Assembly (NCBI GenBank): GCA_032718475.1
Contig: JAUCBJ010000807.1
Span: 1-64,000 of the forward strand
DNA length: 64,000 nt
DNA from: Nemertoderma westbladi
Taxonomy: Eukaryota; Animalia; Xenacoelomorpha
Direction of reading: 5' to 3'
A program made the translations under genes and the position numbers. Below, in pieces: positions 1 to 11,730 of this stretch. The notes under the pieces were generated by a model. The model made no database searches. It had not been told where the DNA came from and worked only from the letters and a program-made list of their open reading frames with translations. Positions within the stretch are counted from its first letter, which is position 1; each line of letters opens with the position of its first letter.

Positions 1-32
1 ACCAACAGGGATATAAGCTGCAGACATCGCTT

Positions 33-2492
33 ATGCACAGATTTGACGGACTGAGGACGACTACATACGGGACGAGGCCACTCCTGAAGGCGTGTCGCGA
101 CAACCTACGCTACATTAAAGTGGGAAACGAGCGATCACTAGGGGTTCCTGTAGAACTCGGAGATGAGCCAAGGGGATACTGGAAGCGCTTCGTGGAGGAC
201 GTCAGAGAACTGGGATACCTGGGAGTTGACACAGAGGGACAAGCCCAGGCACCCCCCACCGCCATCCCTGACCGGGATGCGGATGGGAACCTGACGCTGA
301 TTGGGCCGAAGCATCGAAAGCGGAGGCGGAGGATCCATCAGGAGGAAGCCAGGGCGAAACAAGGAATGGCGTCGAGGCCTTACATAGCTCCGGCACTGGA
401 GACTCTAGACACCGTACTACACCTCGTATCGCCCGGAGGTTTAGTTATCGCCGTCGCGTACCCCTCAAAGGACGGCGAGAGGATCTGGAATAAAATTCCA
501 AAGGCGATGACAGACATATTATTGGACGAGAAGAACTACAAGGTAGGGTCGGCAATTCAAACCGACCTGACGGCTATAGGGGCGCCGGCGGACATCGAAC
601 CGATAGCGGACACCGCACTCCAGTTCCAGGCGATGGCATCGCCAAACACCGACGCATTGTATGCGCCGCCGAACAACGCCTTTGGGCTGGGTTCCTTTGC
701 CCGAGAGACCGGGCTGGTCAACTTCAAACCCATGTCCAGAGAGAAGTACGACCGACAGGCAGGGGCCACACGACTGACAATGGAACAGTTTAAGGCGAGG
801 CCCAGATGGCCCCCCACAACTGTATACTTTCCCATCGAGGAACCGACGACTAGACGCGGTTCAAGAACAATACATCCTACAGGAGGATTACGCAGCGGCG
901 TCAATCCCCCTCCTATTGACAGCCCACATGGTGGGCCTGGTTCCCCGAGCCTTCCGCGATAGTGGAGGCAGGATCCTCTCGGACCGAGAGGCTATCCGTA
1001 GGGTATTGTGGCCCCTTGTGGACTTCCCAAGGGATCAGAACCGGACCGAGGTCATTTATAACGCCAACTACCTGATGGATAAAGAAACCACACCGTCTCC
1101 CCGGCAAATCGACAGAATTCGCCGCCTAGGGGAGAGTAAAGTACCACGGGAGGAGACAAATCCACAGATGGGAAAGGGACCCGACAGTACCTACGAGGGA
1201 GGCTACTCCCTACAACCAGCTCCGGACGTCGAGACCCATAGCGACGACGAAGGTAGCGGCCAAATCCCGGCAGCCAAGATGGCGGCTTACGACGACTGGG
1301 ATTACCGATACGAGCCGAAAAGAGTCTGCCGAAGAGGACAGGACGACCGAGCACAGCTTTGGGGAAGAGCCGTAGAAGGATCTCCCGCGGGGCGGCTTTG
1401 GTGGCGGGATATATACGGGATCAGAGGAGACCGTTTGAACAGGCGGTGGAGAGGATGGTCGCAGACGGGAGAACACGGGACTGGGTTGCGTACTCTGGAG
1501 AGACGATGGACCGAAGGAACTCACCCGCCCGTAGTACTCGGGGGCTCCTCGCCCAGGGTCGCGGGGGGCGTCGCCCAACGGAGGGACCGTTGGGGATGCT
1601 GGGGCGTCGGCCGGGGGAACTACGTCGCCCATATACAGGACGAACGAGTGCCAACGCCGAAAATGACAGCGGGCAGGAGGAACGCGATAACTTCGGGGGA
1701 GAAATGCCGCCCCTGGAACAAATAAGGAGACCGGCACAAAGGGAGACGCGGTCTGCAGTCAGGAGACAGGTGGATCGCCGGGAAGAACCTACCATCCAAG
1801 AACAGCCGTTGCAGGCGGACGGACTTACGAAGGATCAGGGCGCATCAAACGTGGTGAGGGAGAGGAAACACGTTTACTACGTGAAACGTAGACCGATACA
1901 GGACAATGCTGGGTACGAATTTCAGCTACCGGCCTGTTATACCTGTGGAGCCCTGAGTCATATCCAGGACAGGTGTACGTTCGGCCCCCCGGACAAACTT
2001 CTCGGGGATCCGTGCTCGTACTGCGGCGAACGGGGACACTTCCTGGCGGCCTGCCAGGTACTGCACCGACTGTGCGGACGGTGCGGCTTCCGGGGACACC
2101 GGAACAGTGACTGTGACCAGAGGGAGCCGAGGGGGCGCTTAGAGCGATTCGAGTGCAACGCCAACATGGGGGTGGAGACCAGGCGTCGCCTCCTCAGGCG
2201 GGGGATTGCCATGGGTTTCTTCCGCATGAAGCCGGATTTCGTGCTCGCGATATCGAGGCGCGAGGAAACCGTGCAATACACCCATATCCTGCACGTCGCC
2301 ATGACAATAGGCATGCAGAGGATACAGGACACACTAGACGAGTGGCGGCCGGGACACCCGGGACACCTCGAAGGGTTCCTGGACCACTACACCGGGACCT
2401 ACTACCTCGAACACGTGGTAAAATACCACAGGGAGGTGGAGGACCAGAAGGAGGAGGATATCAATGACCGTAAAAGACGGCGAATTAAGTAG
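33..2492 (+). pseudogene. Frameshifted ORF encoding a DEDD(y)/WRN-like 3'-5' exonuclease followed by an Arg-rich linker and three CCHC zinc knuckles; probable LTR-retrotransposon accessory gene
   Basis: ExoI-like GYLGVDTEG, LHLVSPGG, KIPKAMTDILLDEKNYKVGSAIQTD (ExoII-like). After a frameshift near 840 the next frame reads VQEQYILQEDY (ExoIII-like). ORF 1359-2492 has CYTCGALSHIQDRC, CSYCGERGHFLAAC, CGRCGFRGHRNSDC. Split over three overlapping ORFs (33-962, 916-1725, 1359-2492). Confidence 0.7.
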
Positions 2493-2493
2493 G

Positions 2494-2672
2494 ACTGCAC
2501 GTTACGAGACTTATCTGACTGCACCTTACGGGAGATTTAACTGCACGTTACGAGAGTTATTTGACTGCACCTCACGGGAGATTTAACTGCATTTTTACGA
2601 GAGTTATCTGACTGCACCTTACGGGAGATTTAACTGTATTTTACGAGAGTTATTTGACTGCACCTTACGAGA
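2494..2672. repeat. ~47-bp tandem repeat (about 4 copies) directly after the exonuclease/zinc-knuckle ORF stop
   Basis: Alternating ACTGCACGTTACGAGACTTATCTG and ACTGCACCTTACGGGAGATTTA subunits. Confidence 0.85.
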
Positions 2673-2850
2673 GAACCGAGACTATACGTCACGCTGTACA
2701 TATTTACAAGCCACACCTTGCAATGCCCGATGCAATACTTGCATTTTTTTGTTCCATTTGATCCATGTAGGTACGCACCACCGAATGATTACAATGTTTA
2801 TGGAGTAAACCGTCTATAAGTATCCACCACTGGCTGTCTCGGGGAGCTCA

Positions 2851-4932
2851 CGGGGGAGGGGGGGGGGGGGTGTGCGAGTGTGTATGCGTTATTACGGGTG
2901 GATAGTTCAACACAGTTTACAGAGCGGTGTGATTTGGTTAACCTAGTATTTAGAGTGTATGTGTGTACGTACGTGTGTATGAAAGTTACGTATAACAGTC
3001 ACACAGCAGTGGGTGAAGCAGAAGATGCCACCCACGAGTGGGGTTCGTCGCTGTGGACGCTCCCATTCACAACTTACGGTACCGAACAAGTAGGTACCAC
3101 CAATGGGGCCCACCTACCTTATCACAGGTACGTGCGCACATTGGGGGTGGCCCGATACGGACGGCCACAACAATTTGAGGTTGTTTGGAATGAGATAGCA
3201 CCGTGTGCAGTGATTGCGACAGGAATGAGAATGTAAGTTGGAAGTTAACGAATGACACAGAGTAGCTGGTTGGAGCGCAGCTGGGCGGATGGGTAGCACC
3301 CTGGGTTGGCCAGGATGCAGGGGGTCGATCCCACATTTGGGGGCTCGCCGTGCCATAGAGCCGGACCTGGAGAAAGTAACCGATAGCGCGTTCGGAGAGA
3401 TTATAAATATTTAAATGGGTGCCCAAAGGATCGTAAAAAACGTCAGAGAGCGTAGCGATGTGGTGTCCATGGGTGTGCCCATCACCAATAAGTGGTGCAG
3501 GGGTCACCCAGAGTACATACGAGTGAATGAGTGTGTGTGTGCGTGGCACAACGAACAAAATGTGTTTTTTTTTTTAATTAATTTATTTACATTATTTCGT
3601 ATCATGAATCCTTTATGGTGTGATACCATTGCCTACATCCGAGAGTGGATGGCACTGAACAGCGCGTTACGGGGCTTAAACCGTTTCACGATATCAACAC
3701 CCAGATGGGTGTTGATGTCAATCGTCTGTAGGGTCAGCGGAAACTCGTCTAGTGTGCTGACTCACGGCGAATTGGTAAAGGGACTATCAACTCCCGTTTT
3801 TTAAAACCATACTCCGGGTCAACAGTACCCACCATTATTTTTTTATCCTTTTTCTACCACAATTTTTTTTTACCGACAACCGATGGATTGTTTAGGAGTC
3901 GCCTACCTTTCCTGACGTTAACAGGGCGTCTACTGGCTCGTGCCTTTAGATATGGGAGTGTAAATCATTTACACTCCCAAGGGGGAGTGTGTCCGACAAC
4001 CGGAACCTTACCCTTCCCAAATCCACACATTATATTATACGAGTACCACGGGTTTCCCACCCAAGCCTAATGTTTGTACTGTAGGGGTAATTACTGTAGC
4101 GTTTGTACTGTAGGTGTAGGTAGGACTACGGAACTGACTAGTTACAGGGCACACGGGGGGGGGGGGGGGACTGGGCTGCAGTGATTTCCAGGAATATTAG
4201 TATTAGGTTACTACGTACGCCTTCCACCAAGTCAACTCTCAAGGTATCAATACAGACATGGGGCTAGGTGGATTACAAACGAGGTATACAAAGAGCACGT
4301 GATCGGGAACAGGTTGGCCGCCAGGCCACACCTGTAGCAAGACAGAGGTAGCAGGGAGATGGGATATTAGCCTTGCCAGAGATAGGAATGTACAATTAGG
4401 CGGTCAATATGTACTACATTATGTAGTACGTATTTATTGTTATATTGGGGGGGTTTCAGTAGGTTTTAGTTTTAGGTAGTAGGATTATGTACTTAATTAG
4501 GGTTTTTGCTACGTACGGGTGCCAGGCTGGGGTCTTAAACCCCAGTCTGGCTCATTACTAGGGAATATTCATCCGCGCTACCGGGGTACATTAGACACAG
4601 ATTAGCAATATTGGTTCAGTTGGTTTGGTGACAAGAGTGGAAGGTGATATCGTTGTTTTATGGCACAGTTCTTTAGTAGTACAGATTCCTTATTCATTTT
4701 ACGTATTCACTTATATTATTTTATCTTTTGTAAATGCATCTGATTTATTGTTTGTTATCTGTTTATATTCTGTCTATATTCTGTATTACTATGGTGCTGT
4801 GTAGGGATCGGCCTGCACAGACACCACACTGGAGCGTTTAGTTATCAGTTTCCTTTCCACCGGACGGGCGGGTTACCTGATTTGGGCGGTTCAGTGGGGA
4901 ACTCATCATTACGTGATATTTACGCCACTACA
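2851..4932 (+). mobile_element. Candidate polypurine tract plus 3' LTR of the exonuclease-carrying element
   Basis: Purine/G run 2852-2870 followed by TGTG at 2871; candidate end ...CGCCACTACA at 4932 where composition changes to AT-rich host-like sequence. No partner LTR in the window, so the boundaries are unverified. Confidence 0.3.
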
Positions 4933-4944
4933 CCAACCCACCTA

Positions 4945-5180
4945 TTAGTAGCAAATCATGGGATAAAATCGAGGATAAACTGAAAGTTTGAGCTCTTCAT
5001 CTTATAATATGCGAACTAAATAATAAAGAGGAAATAAAGTTGATATATTGTCAGCCGTCGGCTTCTGGCTATCAAATACAACTTACCTTCAGAATCAATA
5101 GCGGAGGCTTCTAACGATCGCCCAAATACGGCTGTCATTGTCACAAAGATTAGAAGCAGAATGAAGATCATTTTGTTCAT
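4945..5180 (-). CDS. Candidate two-exon small secreted peptide (~49 aa): MNKMIFILLLIFVTMTAVFGRSLEASAIDSE|DEELKLSVYPRFYPMICY
   Basis: CAAAATG start at 5180, textbook signal peptide, consensus donor GAAG|GTAAGT at 5087/5086 (phase 1), pyrimidine tract and AG at 5002-5001 giving an in-frame exon 5000-4945 ending TAA TAG. Exon 1 is well supported; exon 2 is tentative. Confidence 0.45.
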
Positions 5181-5454
5181 TTTGGTAAAGAATAATAAAT
5201 TAACTTTACTTAGTTTCCTTGAAATTATCTATTTCTTATTACTGTTACTACTGTACTACCCGTAATTTAGTGTAATTTTCTGAGATGAATTTTTTTTTTA
5301 CAAATCTTTATCATAATGCTTGAAATTTGAAACACAACTAGTTCCACTCACCGTCGTTCACCCCATGAAGCCGGGATTTTCGATTTTGAAGTTAAATTTT
5401 TTGAATACGCATTTACAAAAGTGTCTTTTACAAAATCGCACCCTCCGAACCATT

Positions 5455-5874
5455 GCTATTCTTCACATTAGTTGTAATTTTTGTCATATCATCAGAAAGC
5501 TTGCGTTGCAAGGATTCCAAATATGTAACAATATCTGAATTTCGTTGAGAAACAGCTGGGGAATAGGCGTTCAAAGATTGCAAGAATTATCGTTCGCTGC
5601 AGGCCATTTATTCTACTGTATAATAATAAAACAACGGTATGCCTATTCAGTCTATTCTATTATTGCGTAGCTACACATAGATAAAAATAATGTTCCAGAA
5701 CATTGTGTATTTATTAAATAGAATAAATGGCCTTCAGCGAACAATACTTACAATCTTTGAGCGCCTTTATCTCAGCTGTTTCTAAACGAAGTTCAAACAT
5801 TGTTAGATATTAGGAATTCTTGCAATGCAAGCTTTCTAATGATATGAAAATTTACGACTAATGTGAAGAATAGC
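5455..5874. repeat. Nested ~160-bp imperfect inverted repeat (MITE-like) in the left foldback arm; mirrored at about 20525-20945
   Basis: GCTATTCTTCACATTAG...GGCCATTTATTCTA (5455-5615) pairs with TAGAATAAATGGCC...CTAATGTGAAGAATAGC (5719-5874). Confidence 0.8.
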
Positions 5875-6054
5875 CCCGATTCGGAAGCGCTTGCTATAAA
5901 AATCCCCCTCCCCTTCCTGGGGGGGGGGGGGGGGGGGGGGTTATACTACGTTCATGGTGTATATAACTACAGTAGGCCTAGATGAAAAGTAAACTCACTA
6001 AAAACGCACGGTACACAGAGTTTCAGGTGAATTGCGACACCCCAAATTAGGCCC

Positions 6055-6605
6055 CCCTCACACACACGGAGCAACTTGTTTTGAAACTTGTTGCTGGACG
6101 CCTCGCACACAGAAACAAGTTGCTGTAACATGTTTCCGCATCTTGTTTCCGAAACTTGTTTCAGCAACTTGTTGCTGGACCCCCACACACACAGAAAATT
6201 GTTGCGCAAGAAAATAACAATTATTTCTAAATAAATAGCTAACATGTCCAGGCATTTCTATATAATATCATATCACTCAAATTATCGAATATTAGCTCTA
6301 ATATAAAAATTTGGATGTAATAAAAGTTTAAAAAAAAAATTGCTGGGAATATAACTTCCAGCATCTTGTTGCTGGACCCCCTCACACACAGAAACAAGTT
6401 TCGGAAACAAGTTGCAGCAACTTGTTGCTGGACTCCTCACACACAGAAACAAGTTTTGGAAACAAGTTGCAGCAACTTGTTGCTGGACTCCCTCACACAC
6501 AGAAAGAAGTTTCGGAAACAAGTTGCAGCAACATGTTTCTGTGTGTGAGGGGGTCCAGCAACAAGTTTCTGAAACAAGTTGCAGAAAAAGTTTCTCCGTG
6601 TGAGG
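6055..6605. repeat. Foldback-type internal subrepeats (~57-bp unit with an internal palindrome, in both orientations); mirrored at about 19905-20370
   Basis: Unit AACAAGTTGCAGCAACTTGTTGCTGGAC(C/T)CCTCACACACAGAAACAAGTTT; the spurious ATCCWTP-type ORFs come from it. Confidence 0.85.
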
Positions 6606-7310
6606 TGGGCATAAAATTGGATGAGAGTTTGTATTGAGTGTACTACAATATCAGTATACAGTAGGGCCATGTCAGAACCCCATATGTACCGCGTTACAGC
6701 CATGTCGAAGTGCTACAGTAGTATAGAGCCAGGTCACAAACCGGAGCAGAGAGCCCAGGCAGAGGCCGCCTAGAACCAGAGCAATATCAATATAGAAGCC
6801 GTCCAGAACCAGAGCAATATCAGGGCTTAGGACGACTACTAGAACCAGAACAGTACCAGAGCGGAGTCAAGTGTGATCCATATAGCCAATGCAAGGGTGG
6901 ATCCTGGTCAAAGCTAGAGAATTTCCAGGGCTAGACCATGACCTACTATAACTACTATTATGACCTACTATTATAGAAGGTAGTGGCTAGACCAAAACCA
7001 GTTAGTGCCCGATATGACATCGTATGAACCCGAGTATTGCGCTATTCTGGACAAAACAACAGCAGTGCAACAGCGGAGGGAGTCCAGGTCAAAAACAGTC
7101 ACAAATATCATCAATCATGACTAGATCCAGCAAGAGAGCAGTAGTAGTGCACCGAAAAGTCCAGTGAATATGAGTAATGAGCTCTGTGGCTGTCGGAGCC
7201 ATGCCAGAAGCAGAAATGAGCAAGGTCAACACAACAGCAGTACCAGACAAGACCCCTGTTGGTCATGCCTGGCCAAGCCGGCAGATTTTAGAAGGTTACT
7301 TTCTAACATA

Positions 7311-8787
7311 GTAGACCATAGTAGACATGTACCGTACAACAAGAGTCCCACAAGAAATGAAAACAAATAAGTTGGTGCCAGTTCCCAAGAAGGGCAACCT
7401 AACACTCTATGGTTCTTTTCGGGGAATCTCATTGATCTCGATTGCTGCAAAGCTATACAATACGATTCTATTAAATCGCATCAGGGATCCCATTGAGAGA
7501 CTGCTCCGTGGAAATCAGAATGGGTTCCGTAAAGGTCGTGGGACCATGGAGCCCATTTTGGCACTTAGAAGGATAATTGAAGAATTATCAAAAAAGAAAG
7601 ACAGGCATCTGGCTGTTATCTTTGTTGACTTTTTCAAGGCCTTTGATTCAGTCTCTCGCTCACGTATGTTCAGCATACTTTCATTATATGGGATTCCTGA
7701 TGAAATTATTGCAGCAATCAGATCAGTATACGATGGTTCGACAACATTTGTGTCTACTGTTGACGGTGACACAGAACCATTTGAAGTGTTATGGGGCGTC
7801 CTCCAAGGAGACACACTTGCACCATTCTTGTTCATTATCATTATTGTGGTTGACTATGTTCTACGCATGTCCTTAGATCATCATAATGATGATGGGGTGA
7901 TGATAACTCCACCTACTGGCTCCAGAAGTCGAGGAAATCCTGCCAAGTACCTAACTGATCTAGACTTTGCTGATGACTTAGGAGTACTCTCAGAATCATT
8001 AGAGGGAGCCCAACGGCTCCTCAGCTCATTAGAACATGCTGCTTCTAGTGTTGGTCTTTTTATTAACTCCAGAAAGACCAAAATTCTGACAGTTAACTTT
8101 GAAAGTCCTCAACAAGTCTCTGATCGGATGAGCATAAGCTCAAAGGATGGTATGCTTGAGCATGTGGACGACTTCTGTTACCTAGGATCATGGATCCGGA
8201 CGTCAGGTGAGGACCTTCGAATACGTAAGGGAAAGGCATGGGCAGCCTTGAATAGGCTTTCCAGGATTTGGAAGTCACCGAGAATTAATCGGAAACTTAA
8301 GGTCCGATTATTTAGAGCAGCAGTAGTTCCAGTACTCCTCTACGGGAGTCCATGCTGGGCTCTAACTGCTGAGGACACCAAATCTCTGGATGGCACATTC
8401 ACAAGAATGCTACGCCGGGTTCATTGTGTCAAGTACAATGCACACATCTCCAACCAGACACTATATAACATTGGAGGTGTCTCATTGGTTCCCCCAAGCT
8501 TGACACTAAAACAAAATCGCCTCCGCTTTGCAGGACATTGCTTTCGCCGTGAGGACCAGCCAGTGCATAATCTTGTACTTTGGCAGCCTCATGGAGTGAA
8601 TAAGCATGGTGGACAGCCCATGACTTTCTTGAGACGCATCTTAAAGGACACTGGCCTTAAAGATGCGGATGATCTAGCAAATGTCATGGGTGATAGGGAG
8701 TTGTGGCGGTGCAATTTTGTTGACAAGCCGGCACAGCATTCTTAAAAATGCAGCGGCAATGCAGCATGCCGATCCTAGTAGTAGTAG
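7311..8787 (+). mobile_element. 5'-truncated RTE-clade non-LTR retrotransposon with (TAG)n tail and 10-bp TSD TTCTAACATA
   Basis: TSD at 7301-7310 and 8788-8797. The homologous empty site is present in the right foldback arm (about 19165-19185). Confidence 0.9.
7327..8745 (+). CDS. RTE-type reverse transcriptase (RT and C-terminal part; endonuclease lost by 5' truncation)
   Basis: RGISLISIAAKLYN, QNGFRKGR, FVDFFKAFDSV, GVLQGDTLAPFLF, DLDFADDL, FCYLGS, LLYGSPCW, RLRFAGHCFR. Confidence 0.9.
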   Translation: MYRTTRVPQEMKTNKLVPVPKKGNLTLYGSFRGISLISIAAKLYNTILLNRIRDPIERLLRGNQNGFRKGRGTMEPILALRRIIEELSKKKDRHLAVIFVDFFKAFDSVSRSRMFSILSLYGIPDEIIAAIRSVYDGSTTFVSTVDGDTEPFEVLWGVLQGDTLAPFLFIIIIVVDYVLRMSLDHHNDDGVMITPPTGSRSRGNPAKYLTDLDFADDLGVLSESLEGAQRLLSSLEHAASSVGLFINSRKTKILTVNFESPQQVSDRMSISSKDGMLEHVDDFCYLGSWIRTSGEDLRIRKGKAWAALNRLSRIWKSPRINRKLKVRLFRAAVVPVLLYGSPCWALTAEDTKSLDGTFTRMLRRVHCVKYNAHISNQTLYNIGGVSLVPPSLTLKQNRLRFAGHCFRREDQPVHNLVLWQPHGVNKHGGQPMTFLRRILKDTGLKDADDLANVMGDRELWRCNFVDKPAQHS

Positions 8788-9294
8788 TTCTAACATAAGT
8801 TTAGAAAGTAAATTGACTAGATACTGTGAAAAAAGCTACAATAATTCCTCCCAATTATATACTTTCGTCCAAGTACAATCAATTGCTTACTCAATTACTA
8901 GACAGATAATCTGCTGGTGGCTGGCGTGAGCGCGCAACATAAATGCTTCTGTTTGCTTCATAGATGAGGCATGGATGATAAGTCAAAGCATAGCGCCGCA
9001 CTAATATAGGCCTACTGTATATACTGTATATAACATTATGTACTAAACTTCAAACATAGTGCCGCACTAATGTTGGCATACACAGCATCAACATATCATG
9101 TCATGGAACGACATGGTGTGGCATGCATTGCATATCACTGTACAGTATATAATCCTATAAAACATAATGACACAGAATAGCATAAAATAAAATAAATTCA
9201 CTTTTTACTCTTCGTTCCATAAAGTAAGCAAAGGGAGAACTGAGTAGGACTAATAGCTGAACTAATGATTGTGGCTACTCTCTATGACGCGGTG

Positions 9295-9445
9295 CGGATG
9301 AGAAGGGATGGGAAGAGAGCGGGGATGGGAGGATGAGGGGATGGAAGGAGGCGGGGATGGGAGGAGGCGGAGATGGGAGGAGGTGGGGATGAGAGGAGGC
9401 GGGGATGGGAGGAGGCGGGGATGAGCGGAGGCGGGGATGAGGGTC
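9295..9445 (+). repeat. G-rich 16-bp minisatellite (GGAGGCGGGGATGGGA)n in the foldback arm; C-rich mirror at about 18505-18670
   Basis: About 9 degenerate units, directly visible; potential G-quadruplex. Confidence 0.8.
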
Positions 9446-10252
9446 GATCGTAAATTACGTTATAACACTAGGATGCGCGACCATCTGTCAATGACGTAAC
9501 CAAATATGTGCGCACTAGCTAATGTGGGATAGAGTTTTTAGTAGAAGCGATATGAAATTGTACTTCTACTAGTTTTGTTAACTGTGTCATTGTGGAACCT
9601 CATAGCATTGCAAAATGTCTTCTGCAGAATAGCATAGCACACTTGCTACTGCATGTTATGACACATGTTATAATAGAATGTAACTATTTATACATACTAG
9701 AGACGGTCCCATGAAGCAAGTCGAGGATACAGTACGAGTCAAGTGAAAGCTTTTTGTTCTGTCTGATAAATTAGTGAGAGGGTAGTCCCGGTGTGTACGA
9801 TTTATATTCTAGACAACTTCAAACTATAATTATTACAGTATGCTGTTGTTCTTGTTGCTGTTGTATGTTGTTCTAATGAATTATAAAAGCTGTTGTGATT
9901 ATAGAAGATAGATAGCAGTTAGTGAAATGATTATTTTGTTCTATCGGATAGAGCAGTCAGAGAGGAGTCGAGGTGTCAATTGATTAATAATAATAACAGC
10001 AGTTGTCATGAATTCAATACAATCGCGCACAAGAAGTGCTAATACAAATTCGTTATTATTTTTGTAATAAATTATAAAACAAGTTCAGAAGTTTCAATGT
10101 AAACCGCTTTTACAATTTACACTGTTCAATGTAAACCACGATATTAATTAAATACAACAATTACATTATTATTACAGCAGAGTACAATCAGTATTAGTTC
10201 CCGTTGTTCCGAGTTCCGAGTTTTAGTATTAATTATATTAAATTTAATTATA

Positions 10253-11710
10253 TTGTTATTGCTAAACTGTATAACTAAACTGTTTACCGTGGACCGGCGA
10301 CATACTTTTTATTTGATTTACCGGTACTACAAATTAATTTATATCTGGCACCCTTTGGGCCGATCTGGATTAGTATCTACTACTTTAAGAATGTCGTCGC
10401 AGCGGAAAAGAAACAATAACAGCGATGACAACCATCGTCAAAGTATGTCCTTATCTTCTCGTCGTCTCAGCATTGGAGTTGCAGCTGGGAACCCCAATAT
10501 AAACGAGCCGAAATCTCAACTACACAAACAATCAAAAGAAGAAAACAAAAGGATAAGCGGGAAATCGTCAAATTTGGTCACAGCAACTACTAAATCGGTA
10601 GCGGATCCCACAGCAAATCGTGACGATGGACTAACTGAGATTGAGGTGAGTTGCTCTAGCTCCAATTGCGATGTATCGATGATTTGCATCGTAAAGATAG
10701 GGACGGATTTTGGTCGCATCGACTTCTACTGCGGAAAATGTGTTGGTTGTCGTTTATCTAATTTATCAAAGGAAATGGAAGCCTTGGAACTGCGAGTAGA
10801 CCACAATATAACAAAACTCCATGGACAAGTAAATGACTTCGATTCTCGATCTATGATCTTGGAGGTACAGATCAAAGATAATAGACGAGCTATGGAGAAT
10901 GCTTTCAAGAACCTTAGGGTTGAGACAGAAAGTAATATCGAAGAGCTACAAAAGAAACACGATGATATAGACCTAGAACTCGAAGATTTAAAATCCGCTG
11001 CCAGTAATCGCACGACTGAAAATACGACTACTAATGGTGATACAACAAGTAATGAAGCTTGGCCATGGAAAAACGTGTCATATTCCCGCTGCAAAAAACC
11101 AAACAATACAACAAACCTCGCTATACTAACACGGCAACTAAAACACGAAGAATCTGAACAAAATAAACGCAGATCAAACATCGTTATATCCGGTTCCAGT
11201 CCGCAAGATAATGACAAAGATCTTATTATCGACATCGCCTCTACTCTCAATGTCACACTAGAAGAGAACGATATAAACTTTAAACGTGTGGGGAAACTAC
11301 GAGAAAACAACTCGCAACCCGTAGTAGTTACATTACCCCCAGAAAAGCGGGCTAAACTACTACAGAAAGCTCGTGATTTACGTAAATCACAAAGATATAA
11401 CCACATATATATATCGTTAGATCTCACACCAGAAGAAAGTCGTCTGCAATATGACTTACGACAGGAAAGGCGTGCGATGCAATCTAGTCATCCAGATAAA
11501 CGCTGGGTCATCTACCGAAACGAAGTGGTTGACTCGGCATCTATTAACAATCTAGGAAAAACCATGAACACAGCTGGGCTAACCAACGATCAATCTTTAC
11601 ATAGACAACGAACATTCTACAGATCTGACTCATCTTCATTTAGTACCTCCTGTAATATATCCCCAACTACAACAAATCCATCTCAATCACAGGTAATAAA
11701 TATAGAATGA
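10253..11710 (+). CDS. LINE ORF1 (Cys-rich finger-like segment, coiled coil, RRM/CTD of the L1-transposase-like type); likely start ATG at 10391
   Basis: CSSSNC...FYCGKC, heptad coiled coil, KRRSNIVISG, KRVGK, QPVVVTL, IYISLDLTPEE...LRQERR are typical of CR1/L2 ORF1. Confidence 0.8.
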   Translation: MLLLNCITKLFTVDRRHTFYLIYRYYKLIYIWHPLGRSGLVSTTLRMSSQRKRNNNSDDNHRQSMSLSSRRLSIGVAAGNPNINEPKSQLHKQSKEENKRISGKSSNLVTATTKSVADPTANRDDGLTEIEVSCSSSNCDVSMICIVKIGTDFGRIDFYCGKCVGCRLSNLSKEMEALELRVDHNITKLHGQVNDFDSRSMILEVQIKDNRRAMENAFKNLRVETESNIEELQKKHDDIDLELEDLKSAASNRTTENTTTNGDTTSNEAWPWKNVSYSRCKKPNNTTNLAILTRQLKHEESEQNKRRSNIVISGSSPQDNDKDLIIDIASTLNVTLEENDINFKRVGKLRENNSQPVVVTLPPEKRAKLLQKARDLRKSQRYNHIYISLDLTPEESRLQYDLRQERRAMQSSHPDKRWVIYRNEVVDSASINNLGKTMNTAGLTNDQSLHRQRTFYRSDSSSFSTSCNISPTTTNPSQSQVINIE

Positions 11711-11730
11711 CTATATAATCCAATAACAAG

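Noticed and set aside
5967-6703. Cys-rich short ORFs on both strands (also 19851-20457)
   Set aside because: They derive from palindromic subrepeats of the foldback arms.
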